A DNA stretch of 64,000 nt from an uncultured Ectothiorhodospiraceae bacterium. GTDB taxonomy: Bacteria; Pseudomonadota; Gammaproteobacteria; UBA9214. The DNA is taken from assembly GCA_947258515.1 (NCBI GenBank), contig CAMYIO010000012.1, positions 2,020-66,019 of the forward strand, read 5' to 3'. The notes beneath the pieces are model-generated. The model had not been told where the DNA came from. It made no database searches and saw only the letters and a program-made list of their open reading frames with translations. Of the stretch, positions 61,525 to 64,000 are shown piece after piece. Made by a program: the position numbers and the translations under genes. The first letter of the stretch is position 1. The number at the start of each line of letters is the position of its first letter.

Positions 61525-62898
61525 TCAACGCCCTGCCATCACCTGTACAGCCGCCTCCAGTTCTTCATCAACAGACTGCACCATACTCCTGAGCGTTAGC
61601 TCGCCGAGCGCCGACTGCCGGGCCGTATTCAATTCCACTACAAGCTGCTCGATGGCTTTTACAGGTGTCAAGCGCTGCAGACTCAATACCCGGCTCTCGC
61701 GCGAGCAACGAACATCGGTAATCACATCGATGAGCCGTATATTTTCAATATCATGCAGGGGCAGATAGGCCGGCGTACCGTCGTTGTCTATCTCGATCAG
61801 GTAGCCGGCATCAACAAGTATCCTGATCGTACGAAGCACCGGTTCACCGGGCAGGTCAAGATAGTCGACGAAATGATCGAGTGTCCAGGCTGCCTTGCCA
61901 TGGTAATAGTTATACCCGACCAGGAACATTATCTGCAGCGCAAGCTGCTCACGCATTCGATTGCTGAGCACCATGGGCTCGCGGTGCAGGGTCATGTACT
62001 TCGGGTGCTGTACAAAATAGGCGATCTGTGAACCCACCAGCAGGATCAGCCAGCTCAGGTACATCCAGATCAGCAACATGATCATGATGGCGAAACTCGA
62101 GTAGATCGCCGCATACTTTGTGGATGTAGCGATGAATGCCGCAAATCCCCAGCCGGTTATTTTCCACAAGACACCGGCAATCACACCACCCACCAGGGCC
62201 GCAGTAAACTGCACATGCGTATTAGGGATGAAGATATAGATAAGCGTGAACGCCAGGCATACCAGTATGTAGGGGACCAGCTCGCTGCCGTAAAACATCA
62301 GGGTACCGAATGGCTCGATCGAAACCAGCTGTTGTGCAGTCTCCGTATTCAACACCGTGGCTGTAAAACCAACCGCGCTGAAAATGAGCACCGGGCCGAT
62401 CAGGATCACACTAAGATAGTTGCTGACACGCTGCGAAAGTGACCGCAGATGATCAATCTGCCAGACGAAATTGAAGGCAGACTCGATTTTCTGTATCAAC
62501 GCAATGACCGTGTAGATCAGCAGCACGACACCGATAGAACCGAGCACGCCGACTTTGACATTTTCGACAAAGCCGATAATCCTGTCGGTAATTTCCACAC
62601 CGTTCGGGCCAAGCGGTGTCAGCAGATTATAAAGCAGCGGTTCAATCCTGTTATGCACCCCGAAACCCTTGAGTACGGAAAAACTGACCGCAAGCAATGG
62701 CACAATCGACAGCAGCGTGGTGTAAACGAGACTCATGGCCCGCAGGTTTAACTGGCCACCAATCAGTTCCTTTACCAACAGGTTCAATACACGGGACACG
62801 AACACCAGGTAGCGGTGCAAGCCGGACAGCTCACGCATGTCATCATCCCAGACAAAGGCGTTGAGACGCGCAAGCAAGTTATGAATTCCGTTAACCAT
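61525..62898 (-). CDS. YihY/BrkB-family membrane protein with a C-terminal winged-helix-like domain
   Basis: A.SL.YTTLLS.VP, IE.AFN.VW, IPNT.V, Y..IY.SFA, LLIW.YLSW.I.L.G. Confidence 0.9.
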   Translation of the reverse strand: MVNGIHNLLARLNAFVWDDDMRELSGLHRYLVFVSRVLNLLVKELIGGQLNLRAMSLVYTTLLSIVPLLAVSFSVLKGFGVHNRIEPLLYNLLTPLGPNGVEITDRIIGFVENVKVGVLGSIGVVLLIYTVIALIQKIESAFNFVWQIDHLRSLSQRVSNYLSVILIGPVLIFSAVGFTATVLNTETAQQLVSIEPFGTLMFYGSELVPYILVCLAFTLIYIFIPNTHVQFTAALVGGVIAGVLWKITGWGFAAFIATSTKYAAIYSSFAIMIMLLIWMYLSWLILLVGSQIAYFVQHPKYMTLHREPMVLSNRMREQLALQIMFLVGYNYYHGKAAWTLDHFVDYLDLPGEPVLRTIRILVDAGYLIEIDNDGTPAYLPLHDIENIRLIDVITDVRCSRESRVLSLQRLTPVKAIEQLVVELNTARQSALGELTLRSMVQSVDEELEAAVQVMAGR

Positions 62899-63141
62899 TC
62901 ACTCGACCTGTTCAGCTTACATACGGCCGCTGCCGCTGCCGGGCATCTGGCATATCAGGGTGTACAGATTACACCGCATCGGCTGTCGGCTTGACAGCTT
63001 GACCCGGCCAGATGCCGACTCACTGGTAACACATCATAGCATCAACCATCATGGGCCAACGACCCCCGTGGCAGAGGTTAAAGATAAGACCCCGAAAGCC
63101 GATACGACTGCAAGAATCATCATGTCAGCACAGGCAATGTA

Positions 63142-64000
63142 ATGAGTGAAGAATCAGTCAGGAAACAGCGGTTATTGATTGTTGACGACTCCAAGGTTAT
63201 CCGGGTCACGGCACGAAAAATCCTGCAGGACCATTTCGAGACAGTTGAAGCCATCGATGGTGATAATGCATGGGAACTGCTCAACAATGCCGATCCGTTT
63301 TCCCTGGTTGTCTCTGACCTGACCATGCCAAACCTCGATGGCTATGGTCTTCTGGAACGCATCAGAAAATCCAATCACCCGCAGATACAGGCTATCCCCG
63401 TCATTATCATCACCGGCGCCAATGATTCCGAATCAACCAAGGAGCGGGCCACGCAGGCCGGCGCCACCGATTTTATAGGCAAGCCGTTCGATTCCGTGCA
63501 CTTGCTAGCACGCACACAGGCTCATGCAAGCGCACATACCACGACCCAGGCGCTGGCGGCTGAAAATATCGAGTTTGAGACGCAGGCACTGACAGACCCG
63601 TTGACCGGTTTGGCAAACGAAGCCGCCTTTATGGACCAAAGTTACCAGCAGCTTTCGTATGCTGTACGCCATAAAACCAGCCTGGCTGTTTTCCGTATCG
63701 AGATCGATGACTTCGGCGACCTCTTCAAACGTTATGGCAAGGACGTATCCGAGTCAATAATCAAATCGGTGGCGATGGTACTGCAAGCGGGTATTCGACA
63801 TGAAGACATGGCCGCTCGCATCGGCACCGCCCGTTTTTCGCTGCTGCTGCCGGGCATGAGCACTACCGGAATCCGCAACCTGGCTGACCGGCTAAACCGG
63901 GACATCAGTTCACGCATCCTCAAGCAGGGCGAACACAAGGTTCGTTACACGGTCAGTATCGGTGTTGCGGCGCCCGAGATTCGTCGCGATACCCGCTTTG
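63142..64000 (+). CDS. Response regulator REC + degenerate GGDEF domain (3'-partial)
   Basis: Translated by hand because it is missing from the ORF track: LLIVDDS, VVSDLTMP.LDG, IITG, F.GKPF; TDPLTGLAN, RHED..ARIGTARF. Confidence 0.88.
   Translation, partial: MSEESVRKQRLLIVDDSKVIRVTARKILQDHFETVEAIDGDNAWELLNNADPFSLVVSDLTMPNLDGYGLLERIRKSNHPQIQAIPVIIITGANDSESTKERATQAGATDFIGKPFDSVHLLARTQAHASAHTTTQALAAENIEFETQALTDPLTGLANEAAFMDQSYQQLSYAVRHKTSLAVFRIEIDDFGDLFKRYGKDVSESIIKSVAMVLQAGIRHEDMAARIGTARFSLLLPGMSTTGIRNLADRLNRDISSRILKQGEHKVRYTVSIGVAAPEIRRDTRF

Overview
GC-rich gammaproteobacterial chromosomal segment, probably from a metagenome-type assembly, made mostly of housekeeping genes. Left part: gloA, argG, a pdhA-pdhB-(E2::E3 fusion) pyruvate dehydrogenase operon, an M17 peptidase, pyrC, rnt, grxD, argD-argF-egtC-egtB and nadC. 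Centre: tRNA-Thr(CGT), thiO, a type IV minor pilin operon (fimU-pilVWX-pilY1-pilE) and the conserved ispH-fkpB-lspA-ileS-ribF-murJ-rpsT-proB-obgE-rpmA-rplU-ispB-tRNA-Pro(CGG) block. Right of tRNA-Pro is the best candidate for an undescribed system: a GAF-PP2C phosphatase-RsbW kinase fusion and a phosphorylatable STAS protein sit at the head of mlaE-mlaD-mlaA-mlaC, with mlaF convergent, suggesting a partner-switch-controlled MCE lipid transporter. Other oddities: a PilY1 with no N-terminal adhesin region but a ~550-aa insertion near its C-terminus, a Cys-less IscR homologue under an IscR box ahead of a lone iscU, a REC-degenerate GGDEF protein, several families of intergenic palindromes, and four broken genes (E2::E3, pilY1, lspA, ispB) that most likely reflect local assembly errors. 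No CRISPR array, integrase, transposase or rRNA was seen. All calls come from motif recognition by eye; no database searches were run.
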